Assembly (NCBI RefSeq): GCF_964204865.1
Contig: NC_135262.1
Location: 15,190,001-15,254,000 of the forward strand
From: Styela clava
Taxonomy: Eukaryota
Direction: 5' to 3'
DNA length: 64,000 bases
Of this stretch, positions 51,801 through 63,920 are shown one piece after another. Each line of letters opens with the position of its first letter. Position 1 is the first letter of the stretch. The notes beneath the pieces are model-generated. The model was not told the DNA's origin, searched no databases, and saw nothing but the letters and a program-made list of their open reading frames with translations. The position numbers and the translations under genes were made by a program.

Positions 51801-54296
51801 AATAAATTATGTGTGAATGACGGATTATCGCCGAACGGATTTAGATGTGAATGCCCAGTTGGCTACACTGGTTCTGATTGTCGAACTCGTAAGTATGGAT
51901 TTCCCGTCGACTATATGTTTAAAAACATTACGTCGCCAGCGTGTCATTCGTGAGAAAGCTTCTCCTTACAATTTGATCGTTTGAATTTAATTTTAACTCG
52001 GGAAATCAGTTGTAAATAGCCAAATTAAATTATCGACGTCAAATGATCTATTAAGAAAGTATTATAATTATTTTTATGGTGTTCAAATCATGATTGCTTT
52101 GTCACATTTAGATAAAGCATAATGTCAGTTTTCTGCGCGTACAGAAATGGTATTCGAGAGTTTAGCATCTGAAGTGAGTAGAAAGTGAGAAATTCGAACA
52201 TAATAGGACTTTTCCTACATGAATTGCTAATTTTTTGTTATTTTTCATTGACCTTTATTGGGCTATTAGATACATATTACTAGTTTTCATCTGATTCAGA
52301 TGTTGCAAAACGTTTAAAACATACTGTGCTTTGTATGAATATGATTTTCCGATTTTTTTATTTTCCTTCATCTTACAATTCAAGATTACAATCATAATGC
52401 TTCTGTGGTTACACTATCATAAAATGTACAAATACCACATATGAGTGGGCACAATAAATTCATTAGAATTTGAAATCAAACAATCATTGCGCTTCACACC
52501 TTCCTAACATTTCCGACGTCACAAGTTTTTTCCCCTGTGCAGTAAGATGTGTTAACGAGCAATTACACTTACACTTACAACAGGACAAATGATCGACAAA
52601 AAATGCGATTATCCTAAAGTACCAAATAATGTTTGCGCCACATTAGAAGACCCCACTTGTACTGCAACTGCTGATTGTGATGATAAGAAAATATGCTGCT
52701 CAACAGGATGCGGAACAAAATGTGTTAGTAAGGGTAGGTAAATCAATCCAGCAAATTAAGATGTAAATAAATTACACAGCAAGCTTGTAGCTTTTTCTCG
52801 TTGAAAATTTCATTTGAGAAGTTATTACAAATGTGTGATACGTAATCCAATTATGAATAAATGGTGTTGAAGGGCTTAACGCTGAGCTAGCCTGTCGCTG
52901 ACGAACAACCCAAATGGAGTTAGAAGAACATATAGTATTATATCAGGCTAAAACGTTTTTTGTCTTTCTAGGAGGAATAGATTTCCAAACGCTTTTGTTG
53001 TTAAGTACTTTAATGAGCCAAAGACGTAGACCACCCGTTCAACCTCGCCCTCCAGTATGCCGCAGGAGGGTTTGCGGCCATATGTTATGTCCCAACAATC
53101 TTCGAGCAACTTGTAGACCACTGGGCGCTTGCGATGGCTATTTTATTGATCAATACTCTGGGAAGGATATAACAGCAAAGTGTAAGTATTATGTTGGAAA
53201 AAAGTTATTTAAGTATTCTAACTATTTTCACTCCGATCCGTCGATCTTCTTTATCGAACTTCTCTGATTTCTGAAAATCTCAAGAGACAAGTTACCGAAA
53301 TATATCAGATAATCCAAGAAGTGTGGTCAATATCGAATGATTTAGAGTAAGATGCTACTGGAAATTAAATAGGTAAAAAATATGCACGACTGCAATAGGC
53401 ATTACAAAACATGGCGGATGTAGACAGTTTCGTCTTTCAATCTATTCCATGTAGTGTACTCAGAAGTCCAAATCTCAACGGTTGTTTTTTCCTCATTGAA
53501 TTCTGTGTAATTTATTCTACAAAATCGCAAATATATTTTATAGGTTCATGTAGGAGAGGAGAACAAGAAATATCCACCTGCCCCCCAAATTTCTGTTACG
53601 ACGCTTCAGGTCGGCCACTAGTATGTTCCAATTATCCCACCGCTAGGTGTCGAGTTTCAAGATGCGGAAGATGTTACAGATATTGGATTCTTGACAATGA
53701 GAGAGAGGTAACCTGCGTTCAGAAGATGTCGTCATCAAGTGTTACCAGCAATGGTATGTATGGTAGTTAACACATTTGAGCATTTTTCAAATAATGGCTG
53801 TGCGGAATTTTCGAAAAGCAATTCGCCTGTGAAGTTTCATACATTTCAATAGAAAATATCTCACAAATGTTCGCGTAAATATGAAATTGAGAGATTCACA
53901 CTAATATAAGATTTAAACTTTGCACAAAGATCACAGTATGCTTGTGCAAAACTAAATTGATCTATGGATTATCAGAAAACACAATATATGAATGATACCA
54001 AGAAATTATTATGGCCGAATAATGCAAGTTTCAAATATTTGCAGAAGTTGAAAATTGCTTTTATCACTGTGACTTAAAAGTAATACAGTATTTTAGTCTT
54101 CTAACAGTTTTTCCTACATCTTTCAGTTTGTTTACCTGGTGAAAGAGTGATTCCTAATTGCCCTGATTTGTGTAGCAGAGTCTCCTGTCCGAACTACTCT
54201 GATGCAGTATGTACAGTGCATCCTTGCAACGGGTGTAGATATAAATTTACTAGACAGGGAATTGACGTAACGTCACAATGCCAGATCATTGGATAA
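48822..54296 (+). CDS. Secreted EGF-WAP-EGF-WAP plus 3x Cys-module protein (paralogue B), 408 aa, 8 exons
   Basis: Exons: 48822-48894 (signal peptide MKTKTYAVLLVVFLNFVMTRG), 49647-49763 (EGF), 50073-50240 (WAP), 51760-51888 (EGF, CTDDNKLCVND..GFRCEC), 52584-52733 (WAP, CDDKKICCSTGCGTKC), 52972-53181, 53544-53753 (CRVSRCGRC) and 54127-54296. All introns are phase 1 and the frame is open (1227 nt). Exons 1-7 match paralogue A exon for exon. Confidence 0.9.
49391..49569. mobile_element. hAT MITE, 179 bp, in intron 1 of paralogue B
   Basis: TIRs cagtggtgggattca...tgaatcccactactg; perfect 8-bp TSD ATTTTAAC; accggtt/cggttc subterminal repeats. Confidence 0.93.
51249..51530. mobile_element. Partial hAT-like element (left end)
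   Basis: cattggttctcaaccagtgggccatggcccactg resembles the CAGTGGTTCTCAA terminus seen at 18958. No intact right TIR. Confidence 0.45.
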
Positions 54297-54357
54297 CGAT
54301 TCAAGACAAAAAATCTTATTTAAAATTTTATTGACAAATATATATTATGTGTGATTT

Positions 54358-54363
54358 AATAAA
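54358..54363 (+). promoter_or_regulatory. Putative polyadenylation signal of paralogue B
   Basis: AATAAA about 60 nt after the stop codon. Confidence 0.5.
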
Positions 54364-56459
54364 TACAATGACTTATTAAAGACAGACTGAGTTGTTTGAA
54401 GTTGAAATATTTATTTTTGTCGATCAATTATTATTAAACTAACTTGTTATTCAGTTATTGAATTGCAATACATCTCATGTTTGTTAAAGATCAAGTTAAG
54501 TATGAATATCATGGTATTAAGTATGAAAAAATATTTCGTAAGAGCTCGTACAAATAAACGAAAGTTTGTAAAAACATAAAGAGACAGTTCAGCGACAGAG
54601 CAAACGCAAATATAAAGAATATTACATTCAATAAGGGCTTCGACTGGCGATCAGTATTTTCAAACATTGTTCCCTAAGAGCATCTTGGGAGAAGTTTGGC
54701 TGTTTGCATACATATTCTTCACGTTTTCGAAGTCACAGTTTTTTGCATCTTCATAGCTGTGTACATGTATTTTCTGTTCTCCCAGAAAAATGAGTAAGAC
54801 TTGGTGGGTGTACGACAAAATGTCGTTTTAGTCTTATTTACTAAAACAGGCAAATACATACTCATAAAGTTGAAGAATAAATTAAATTGATGTTATATCT
54901 TATGTGGAAAACGATTTTTTTAAATTTATCCAAGGATTGAGAATCGCTGTCCATCAGAAAGGTCGATGATATCCAAACTCTGAATGATATTATTTTTATA
55001 AAGGTATTATTAAGGAATTGAAAACAAAAATATTTAAAATATTATATAGAATTTATATAAAAAAAAACAGCGGCATGGATCAGAGTCATAATTTGTATTA
55101 TTACCTAAGATAACGTCCTGCATCCAAACAGACGTGTGTACAACGAAGACCTCAAATTGAATTGACTTGAACTATAAATGAATCCCAAATCGTAGGTGAC
55201 TCAAGTCGGTTCCGGTGTCTCAATTAAACAAATGGACCCGAATTTGAATTCTTTAGTAACAATTGAATTTTGTTGTATTTAGGTACAAAATTTCATGTTT
55301 GAGTAGTCTTAAAAAATCCAATTCATCGCAAAATCACAGTCCATATCTAAAATTACGAAGTGGGATCACAATGAATCAGAAAATATGATTCATTGTTTCG
55401 AAAGTGGGTGTTCATTTTGAGACAAAATGACTGCATTTAATTTATGTTAAAGTCAACTTTCCAATAAGAGCATTTAACTCAATCAAGTCGAGTCAACGAA
55501 ATAACTAAAATTAGGTCCTTTTTAAAGAACTATCGAATTTCTTTCCTAAAAGCTGTTGATGTATTTGTGCGAGTATTTTCTCAACTTTTCTCTCGTAAAA
55601 GAGCATCAGCGATAGCTTGCAGCATTCAAATAGTAACCCTACCACTTTTAGTAGAGCATTTGGGATATTGTTGACAGCAAAAGTATATATAAATGGCAGC
55701 GCAGAGACATTTAATTCATGCTACTATCTGTCAAATGATTTATGTACATTTCTGCGGCGCTCTTGATGATCGTTGGTGTTACTACAGTTGTGAGTCGGAC
55801 CATCTTGCAATTTCAATTCACGCTCTTACAAGAAATGAAATTCTAAAGATATGGCAGTTCCGGTACCGCGACACAGCGCGGTGACACTGAACTAACTCAT
55901 AGCTGTCTGGTAAAAGCGGGGCTTGTTTTTTAAATTTTGTTTCAAATAATGGAGAAGGGAATGAAACGGATTACTTAGTATTTAAATTCATGTTGCAATT
56001 GAATGGAGAAGAGTAGATCATTGTCACGGGACATGTGAAATGGGAGACAGACAACTCGACTACGCACGGACAACTAGCAGAGACAACTTTGTAACAATTT
56101 GTAACCCAATTCAGATGGTGTTAAGTTGACGCATGTTATTTAGTAACGTTCTTAAGTGAAATGTTTGACTGTGGTTCGGTACCTTCGTTAATACGGTACA
56201 TAGTTGACTTATATCACGAAACATTTCAATTGATGTTTCAATATATTCAAGAAGAATGGATCATTGTTACATGACCTAAAATATTTATGACAGTTCCTGT
56301 ACCGTCACGGTACCCCGGTCCAGGTACTGGTAAGTCACCGCATATTATTTTTGGGGAATTGTTCTGCGTGTCCATATATTTGAGCATTGCTCTCTTGTTT
56401 TACTATGACAATGTTATTGGGACCTGACATATTTCTGTTGAGATCAATCAACATTCAAA

Positions 56460-56778
56460 ATACGAGATAGGGATCAGAGACCGCCGACTTATCGATCTAA
56501 CGGCGAGTATCCTTCGCTCTGATTCAATAGCGACACTGCGTGTCCGATCACTAATTGATCAATAACTTCCAATCCGAGATATGATGAATGCACATGCAAA
56601 ATTTGGAGCGGATTCAACCTCGCTTTCGTGAGATATCGCGTGTATCTAACAGACAGACAGACAAACAAACAAACAGACAAATACCTATCAACATACTTAC
56701 CAAAAAGAACGATAAGTAGTAACAAGCAGATAGACAAATACCTATATCAACATACTTACCGACCGAGATCGATAAGTA
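56460..56778 (+). mobile_element. Second copy of the Helentron/DINE-like element, with duplicated 3' end
   Basis: Shares tccgagatat.atgaatgcac, gattcaacctcgctttcgtgagatatcg, an (acag/acaa)n microsatellite and two consecutive catacttacc...gataagta ends with the 44275-44541 copy. Confidence 0.65.
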
Positions 56779-57149
56779 ATGAATGATATTTGAATGCAAC
56801 ATATATATTTAAGTTTGTGAGCTGCACCACAAATATCATGGTATCGGAAACGAACACACAGATCCATATGTCATTTTAGAAGAATCAGAATTGGCGATAG
56901 GCGTAACAGGATACTGAATGACAAACAAAAAAATTACTGTCCACGTTTTCTGTTGAGGAGCATTAAATATTCCATACCAATGGAATCCGTTATAACTACA
57001 CGAAGGACAAACCACTCCAGTCTGAAATGAACCAAGAAGATCAATGATATTAAACGTGACGTAAAATGTGGGTACTTCTAAAATAGGATAATCAATATGT
57101 CAACGTTTACAGAAAATAAATCGAATTGAAATATATTGCTAATCTACGA

Positions 57150-57802
57150 CAAGGGGAGAGGTTCAAAGTTTGAAAAGCTGAAATGTTTATAAAGTTCTGA
57201 AGCATTGAGTCAACATCACGTATCTAATCTTTAAATTTTGAAAAAGCAATGTATTGTTCGGGTTGCCAATGTTTTCTGTCCAGAAATAAAAAAGGCGTTT
57301 GCAAAAATAAGCATACCATGACAGATGGCTCTCGTCGCGTCGAAGAGTTTGGGAATTCTATAGCAGAAGCTTTATTTGCAAGCGTGGGAAACTTTTCATC
57401 GTATTCCTTGACGCTTGACAAAAGCACTGACATGAAGTCTACTGCTCATCATGCGGGGAGTTAATGATGATTTTGAAATTACCGAAGAGATCGCAGCCAT
57501 TGTCCAAATTGAGGGCACGACCATGGGCATTGATTTGTTCGTGGCTGGGATGAAAATTTTTAAGTCTCTTGGCTTGTCTTTGGCAAAAATTTCGAGAATA
57601 ACCACTGATGGCGCCCCATCAATTGCTGGGAAACAACAGTTTTCATTATTCTAATAATTGAGAAATATGGCGTGAAGGTATTGTTTTTTATTAACCTGTA
57701 GTCAGTGTACCAAAACTAAAACATATTTACCATGTTAAGTGGCCCGTGCATTTATCAGTAAACTACATGTGGCCCTTCGGCCAAAAAGGTTGGACGACCC
57801 TG
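57150..57802 (+). mobile_element. Internally deleted hAT transposon with a GTF2IRD2/SPIN-type transposase fragment
   Basis: Peptides YSLTLDKSTDMKSTA and RGVNDDFEITEEIAA....GTT.G.DLF...ISRITTDGAPSIAG (catalytic-region motifs). Right TIR aaaggttggacgaccctg. Flanks atctacga/gtctacga match 7/8. Confidence 0.85.
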
Positions 57803-59386
57803 GTCTACGATGACTGACAACTTCGTTGGGAAACCGAATCCACTATAATACGCGTTCAAAAAAATATTGAACTTGCTTTCGGCAATTCAAAATAGTCCTA
57901 TAAATATGACCGCGGATGTAGAACGAGAGCAATATTTCAATATACCAAATCACCAATTTGTAAAGGGCCAATGTGCACTTGATTGAAACAATTTTTCTCA
58001 ACCTTTATTCTTTTAAAAAAATTTTAGGTGAGAAAATCTTTATAAAATATTTGTATTATCATAAAAATGTTATTTATTCGTTAATACCAGTAAAATAACT
58101 AACAATCGAGATAAAAAAAAATGTACATTATCGCGAATAAACTGTGAATTTCAATACAATACATTTTTCGTGAGACCTAGTTCCCAATCAAAATTTTTGT
58201 TATAAACGAAATGAATTCTCCATTGTTTGTCATGGTATTGGATTGATATCGATTTGCGATGGAATCATTTTTCTGAAGTGATACAACTTCGCCAGTTGCC
58301 ACTGCTTTCCCCAATTAGAAACCCGAGTTAAGTCTGCGCACAGGACTTATGCGAGATCCAAACGTTATATCTGATCATAAAATTTATCAGTAGACATCAA
58401 TATTAAGCAATGACGTCAGCCTAATCGGAGATGAGATCATCGATCATAGAGAAAAAAATTGGTCCTGCAAAAGCACATCGATAGAAACGCACATCTTCAA
58501 AACAAATCTACCATGATAAACTCTAAGAAAAGTTTTAAATCTAAAACACTTTACGCTTGACGATAGTTACGATTGTACCTTCAAATCAACAGTCATATTT
58601 GTCCATGCACTTGCCCAATGACGATGTGTAGGATTCGTTTTCAGCAATTTCGTAGAAATGAATGAATCAACACTGTTATGATCATCATTCCGTATGACAG
58701 CAATTTCCACAAAATTTGTCTGCAAATAGAAACTGCTCGTAAATAATCGACATCTATTTTGGATGGATTTCAGTCCGGTAACGCAGACCTCTTTTTTCCG
58801 TCTTTTACTTCACAAAATTCTGAGATAACATAAACTCAAAATAAAAGATTCCTCAAAACATATCTCAATGTCATAGTTACAAGCTTATCATGGTATACTG
58901 AAATTGGACTTTTTAGAAAATATTCAAAAGTATTACTTTTTTGCTGCACGCTCATAGATACAGTCGATCCTGCGATATGTTCCTAATTTATTTTATTTAA
59001 AACCTGTCGGATCCTTTGTCTAACTCTTTTCACATCAGCTTGGGCTATTCCATTTGTAACGCTTCACCATAGTGGCGATGTATTTTTAATTATTTATAAT
59101 TTCTTAAATTGACGTCATAATATCAATATTCCTAAATTGTATTAGGTTGCGATAGATAAATTTATAGGGTGGAACCGATTGTATTACAACATTACGCGTA
59201 CCCCGATTCCTATGTAAACAACCCACATTCTAGGAATCATGAATTTTGCACACTTTTTATATCTTTCTTCGTATATATGCTACGGGCAGCACATTTTCGT
59301 CGTTGTCGCTGAAAACCCCACTATTATATTATAGCCCAACATCGAAAACGAATTTTTATCTCACTACCAGATTGTAGGTCATAGAC

Positions 59387-59896
59387 CTACGACTCTCAAC
59401 ATTTTTACTGTCAAGTACCCCCCGCGTCACGAAACAATCAACGCGAACCCCCGGTAATCAGACACCGAACAAAGTTGTGATATACTGATTACTGACACAT
59501 TGACTAACAATTTATTGCAACGCCTATTTATTGACCCTATGTAACTAAATTAAATCATCTTGTTGATATTATTCCCCTGACCTTGTCGTCTTCCCAACTA
59601 ATGAATTCTTAAAATCTCTCTCAAGTTTCAATAAGCATAACCACTTCTCCAATGCTCGCAGCACGCTGTCTTTAGAGATTTCACAGTTTGTACGCGAAGC
59701 CTTGAATTTTACATTGTTGTGTCACAATCACAACAACGCAAAATCAGGGAAAATCTACGTTTCAATTGGTGTCTAGTTCAATGGGCACGCATTTTCCCAT
59801 GGTAGGTATAAAGAATATTAAAAAACAGCAACATACAAAGACTGTCATCCAAGTACCCCGGGAAATCTTCTCGTGAACCCCAGTTTGAGAACCCTG
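59387..59896. mobile_element. Decayed non-autonomous hAT element
   Basis: Right end ccccagtttgagaaccctg, gtacccc subterminal motifs at both ends, degenerate left TIR, flanks tcatagac/ttttagac. Confidence 0.55.
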
Positions 59897-60581
59897 TTTT
59901 AGACAATTATTGACATGAAATTGACCGTCATTGTAAAATTTACAATTACCTGATTAAAAGCTAACGAAATAAAAGTATTGATCAAATATTGAAAATAAAA
60001 ATATCAAAGTATTTGTATTAAGTAATAATATTAAATTAAATAAAGTATAATAATAAAAATAAAGTATTTGAATACGATGACATGATGAACGACTGGCCTT
60101 ATTCAACAATATTTGTGAATAAACGTACCCTTAGTTCTTTCATTCGATACACTGCCGCGTAGCTGATGATTACCAAACTGTTTGTGTATTTTTTTTCTTG
60201 CTAGCATGTTTGTCTTTTACCGTTGCAACCCGTTTGTCAGTATAGTGAGTTCTTCAATTTTTGTTTTTTTCAATATTTTTCTAGATACTCCTGTAGCAGG
60301 CCTTTAGAGCAGACTATGAGAGTAAATTATAAACTATGATTCATTTCTTTTGTAAAATGCCTAAATTTATACCCAAGTCTATCGAACGTGTACCTAATTC
60401 GACGCTGCTAGATCAAAATCAGCGATTTTTCCAACTGTTTGCAAAAATTTCTTCTTTAAAATAACTAAAGGCTTTATATGGTTTCATTGAAAAAATGATT
60501 AAAACGATAAACTCTCATTCTAGATTATATTTGAAGTGAGTAAACTCGCGATGTTTTGATTACTTTTGGGTTTTCTCCGAC

Positions 60582-60647
60582 TGCGGCCCGCGAGACATCC
60601 TCAAAACTGCTTCCAGCCCTTTAACCTCGCAACCTTGGACTATCCTG
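60582..60647. mobile_element. Right end of a hAT (Charlie-like) element
   Basis: tgcggcccgcgag...ttggactatcctg resembles Charlie-type termini. The left end was not located. Confidence 0.4.
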
Positions 60648-61212
60648 GTTTATATAATTAATAAAACCACACAACTCGAGCCACATGGGTGTGATTACGC
60701 AAATTTAAAACTAGCAAATTTAATGTAAAAATATAATGAAGTAGTAATCATCGTTTTATGAGAATTTTATCACAGCAGAGCCACACGGACTCACTGAAAT
60801 GGCCGGAAAATATACTCTGGAGCAATACTAGTTACGTGGTTTACATTGTGTGTATATATATATGTGTTAAATTTATCAAAGAGGTAAAGTTTGAGTTTTG
60901 TACATCTGTATGCATTGAAATTGGCGATGAAGAATTATTTCAAAAGTGCTCGGAGTCTGCGTTGAAATTTCTAACTTTTCGACCTTTAATAGGGCACATA
61001 CGATAGATGTTTTCAACTGGTAAAACATGATCGCATTCTAAGTTTTCTTAGTCAGTGTTTAGTTACGTGGTTTTGTACCGAAGATGAAAGTTGAAGCTTA
61101 ATAGATATTTTATTTCCTTCTCTAGCGCATTCAATACAATATAGCAATTTGTTTTAAAATGATATGTTTATTATCCCCATGACACTTGCATCCATGGCCG
61201 TTTATGAATATA

Positions 61213-61760
61213 CAGGGTGTCTCAAAAGTAAATATACACTTTTAGTTTTGATTTCCTATTCAGGTACTCATCATGGGAGTTTCATTTCTGCAGAAAACAT
61301 AATATGAACAAGTAGTAAAATTTTGTTATTGTTTTCATTTTTCATCAACCTACAGAATGGCAAGAGGATTAAACCAAGGATTGAGGTGCAAAATTGATGT
61401 TAGGCAAGAAGCATATAAATCAGTAAAGCAAACTCAGCGCCCCTTTAACAGAGAAATTCGAATTCATTTGGCTCCTACACGACGAACAATTTATCCGATT
61501 CATTGTGAATTTATGAAAACTGAATCTGCGGTTGATGCACAAAGATTAGAAAGACCAATGAATGACGCTCTGAGGAAAACATTCAGAGCCAAATTAATTG
61601 GAAATTCTCAGTTAAAGAGGCGCTGAGTTTGCCTTATTGATAAAAAAAATTCAAATAATAACTAAATTTTACTACTTATTCATACTATGTTCTCTTAATA
61701 AATGAAATCTCTATGATGAGTATCCTACCTGGAAGCAAATCAAAATGAATTAAATTGTAC
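61213..61760 (+). mobile_element. Internally deleted Tc1/mariner element with N-terminal HTH transposase fragment
   Basis: TA followed by cagggtgtctcaaaagt. Long imperfect TIRs (~61240-61335 versus ~61650-61745). ORF 61357-61626 (YKSVKQTQR.F...APTRRTI....FMKTESAVD....RP) resembles the DUF4817-type HTH of mariner-like transposases. Confidence 0.75.
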
Positions 61761-62158
61761 ACACAAAAGACTCACTTACTTTAGAAATCCTTCAAGTAAT
61801 TGACTGTAGCTAGCAAAAATATAACAATTAGAGAAATCTCCTCCATTAAGCTTACTATTCCAAAAAGAGTTCCCGCTTCAATATGCAGCGGCTTCTTATT
61901 TATTTCGGCTTCTTCACGACATGTAGTTGTAGCACTAGAGGGATCCACCACTGAAGAAAATACACTAAATTCCAAATCTGAAACCGTTCACAAAAAATTC
62001 CAGCCAGCCTTTGTCAACGTGTGTATGCCGGGCCACGATTATAACTATAGGACAGCAAACTCATGTGAAAAAATGATATTCAACCGTAAATTTACTATGC
62101 CATTACGCTGCGCCTCTACGAAAATGTGGACATGGTCCACTTAAACGCTGTTAATAAA

Positions 62159-62172
62159 GTTGTCTAGGTAAC
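62159..62172. promoter_or_regulatory. RFX X-box-like motif
   Basis: gttgtctaggtaac is a near-consensus palindromic X-box. No associated gene was identified in the window. Confidence 0.35.
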
Positions 62173-62469
62173 GCTTCCGCTACTCATTTTTTCTGAGCTT
62201 AAATTCGTTTCAATTTCTGAACCAAATCCGTCGTCGTGCTCGCTATTGTCAAAGTTTTTGTTGTTTTCATTGTGGGTGAAAGAAACAAGAAAAAAGAAGC
62301 CAAGTTTATGTGCTTTTCTTTTATGTGAAAACCGCTGCCATTGTCACGAATTCAAAATATTGCTGCTTTTGAATGTACTTGGATTTTGTACTTACTTTTT
62401 TTAGAGACTGTCAAAATTCAACTTACAAGAAGCTGGTTCTGCATTTTATCCTGTAAGTGAGGTTTAATG

Positions 62470-63920
62470 ATAAGGATAGCGGTGATGCGGAGCGGTAGCG
62501 GTGGTGAAATAATTCCACCAAAAGAAGCAGTAAGGCGCCTCCTTCCCTCCGCTAGCTTGTGGAAGACCCTTGGGCAAGGTCAAATATACCCACTTATCCC
62601 CCCGATCAGGGTACGTGAAGTCACTTTTTAGTACAATGGCTAGGACAACCCGCTCTGTACAAGTAGTGCCCCTATAGAAAATAATTGCAACCTACTATAG
62701 GTATATCTTTGCAAAGAAAATCATGACACGAAAAACCTAAATGAAGTTAGACAACAGCGTGAAATGGGTTTCGAGCTCAAATGGAAACTCCTCGCTCGGT
62801 AGGGAGTTCCATGTGCGACAGGTGGTACCCGACCGTCAACAAGCGACTGTTCGCAAGCGACAAAAATCTAAAATAGAAACGTGGAATGTGCAAACAATGA
62901 TACAGAATAGGCCGCGAGCCGAGGCCCTGAAAAACGCCTAGAAAGTGAGTTGCGTAGCGCACATCAGGTAACTACCTGAAAATGATTTTAAAATGTTCCT
63001 TAAAAATTTAGTAACAAATATTGCTTTGTTCCCACTTCCAAAAGTTGCACGTTTTACGGAAAAGACGCTTTTACTACAAGAAATATGTGCTACGATCTGT
63101 CCTATATTCTCTACATTTTCGGCAATGAACAATGACTTCTGCATGACGTAACAATTGAATCGAATCAGGTGTTAGTGAGCGAATGAATATTAGTTATTAC
63201 TGCTCGACCTTGCGTTGAGTTGGGCAGCCTTTCCATAGCCATGTTTAATTATTATTAGTTAAGTTATGCTAAGACGTTGTTAAAAAATGTATAAGTAAGT
63301 TGTTAAAAACTTGTAGATCCTTACCACGGATATGGGCCGTGAGACGAAGCCTTGAAAACGCCCAGAAAATGAGTTTCGTAGCGCACATCTGGTAACTGAA
63401 TAAATTCTTCAGTTTTGTGTGAAAATGAACATACTGAATTTATTAGGTAGATTACGAAAAATATGGCATACATGTAACTAACAAAAAAAAATACTTTAAT
63501 TGTGTGACAGGAGTCGCGAGTGACCCCGAAAGCAGCGACACCAACACGCTGATTCACATTAGCGAATGAATTTTATGTAATAACCATAATTTTGCAAAGA
63601 TCACAACCTGACAGCGATGAACACCTGGTTCAAAAACCATCCAAGAAGATGTTGGACATAGAAAAGCCCAGGAGACCAAACCCGAAGCCAGATCGACTTT
63701 ATACTAATTCAAGAACGATTTCAAAACATCATGCAAATCCATGCCTGGAGCAGATTGTGGCAGCGACCATGTGCCCCGGTGGTCGGTACAATGGAACTTG
63801 AGCTGAAACGGCCAAGGGAAGCAACAGCAACAACAAAGCTACAGATTAACACACTAGAAAGCTAAGAGATGATGGACAAGTATAGCATCAGTATCAAAAA
63901 CAAATTCAATACACTAGAAA
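62470..63920 (+). mobile_element. Decayed RTE-clade LINE: 5' UTR and AP endonuclease, interrupted
   Basis: ORF from 62741 contains KIETWNVQTM (GTWNVRT motif). Positions 63590-63920 read FCKDHNLTAMNTWFKNHPRRCWT*KSPGDQTRSQIDFILI..RF..SCKSMPGADCGSDH. The middle is replaced by unrelated DNA at ~62906-63589. Confidence 0.88.
62908..63397. repeat. ~65-bp direct repeats 425 bp apart, inside the insertion that splits the RTE
   Basis: ggccgcgagccgaggccctgaaaaacgcctagaaagtgagttgcgtagcgcacatcaggtaact (within 62908-62973) versus ggccgtgagacgaagccttgaaaacgcccagaaaatgagtttcgtagcgcacatctggtaact (within 63333-63397). Confidence 0.85.
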
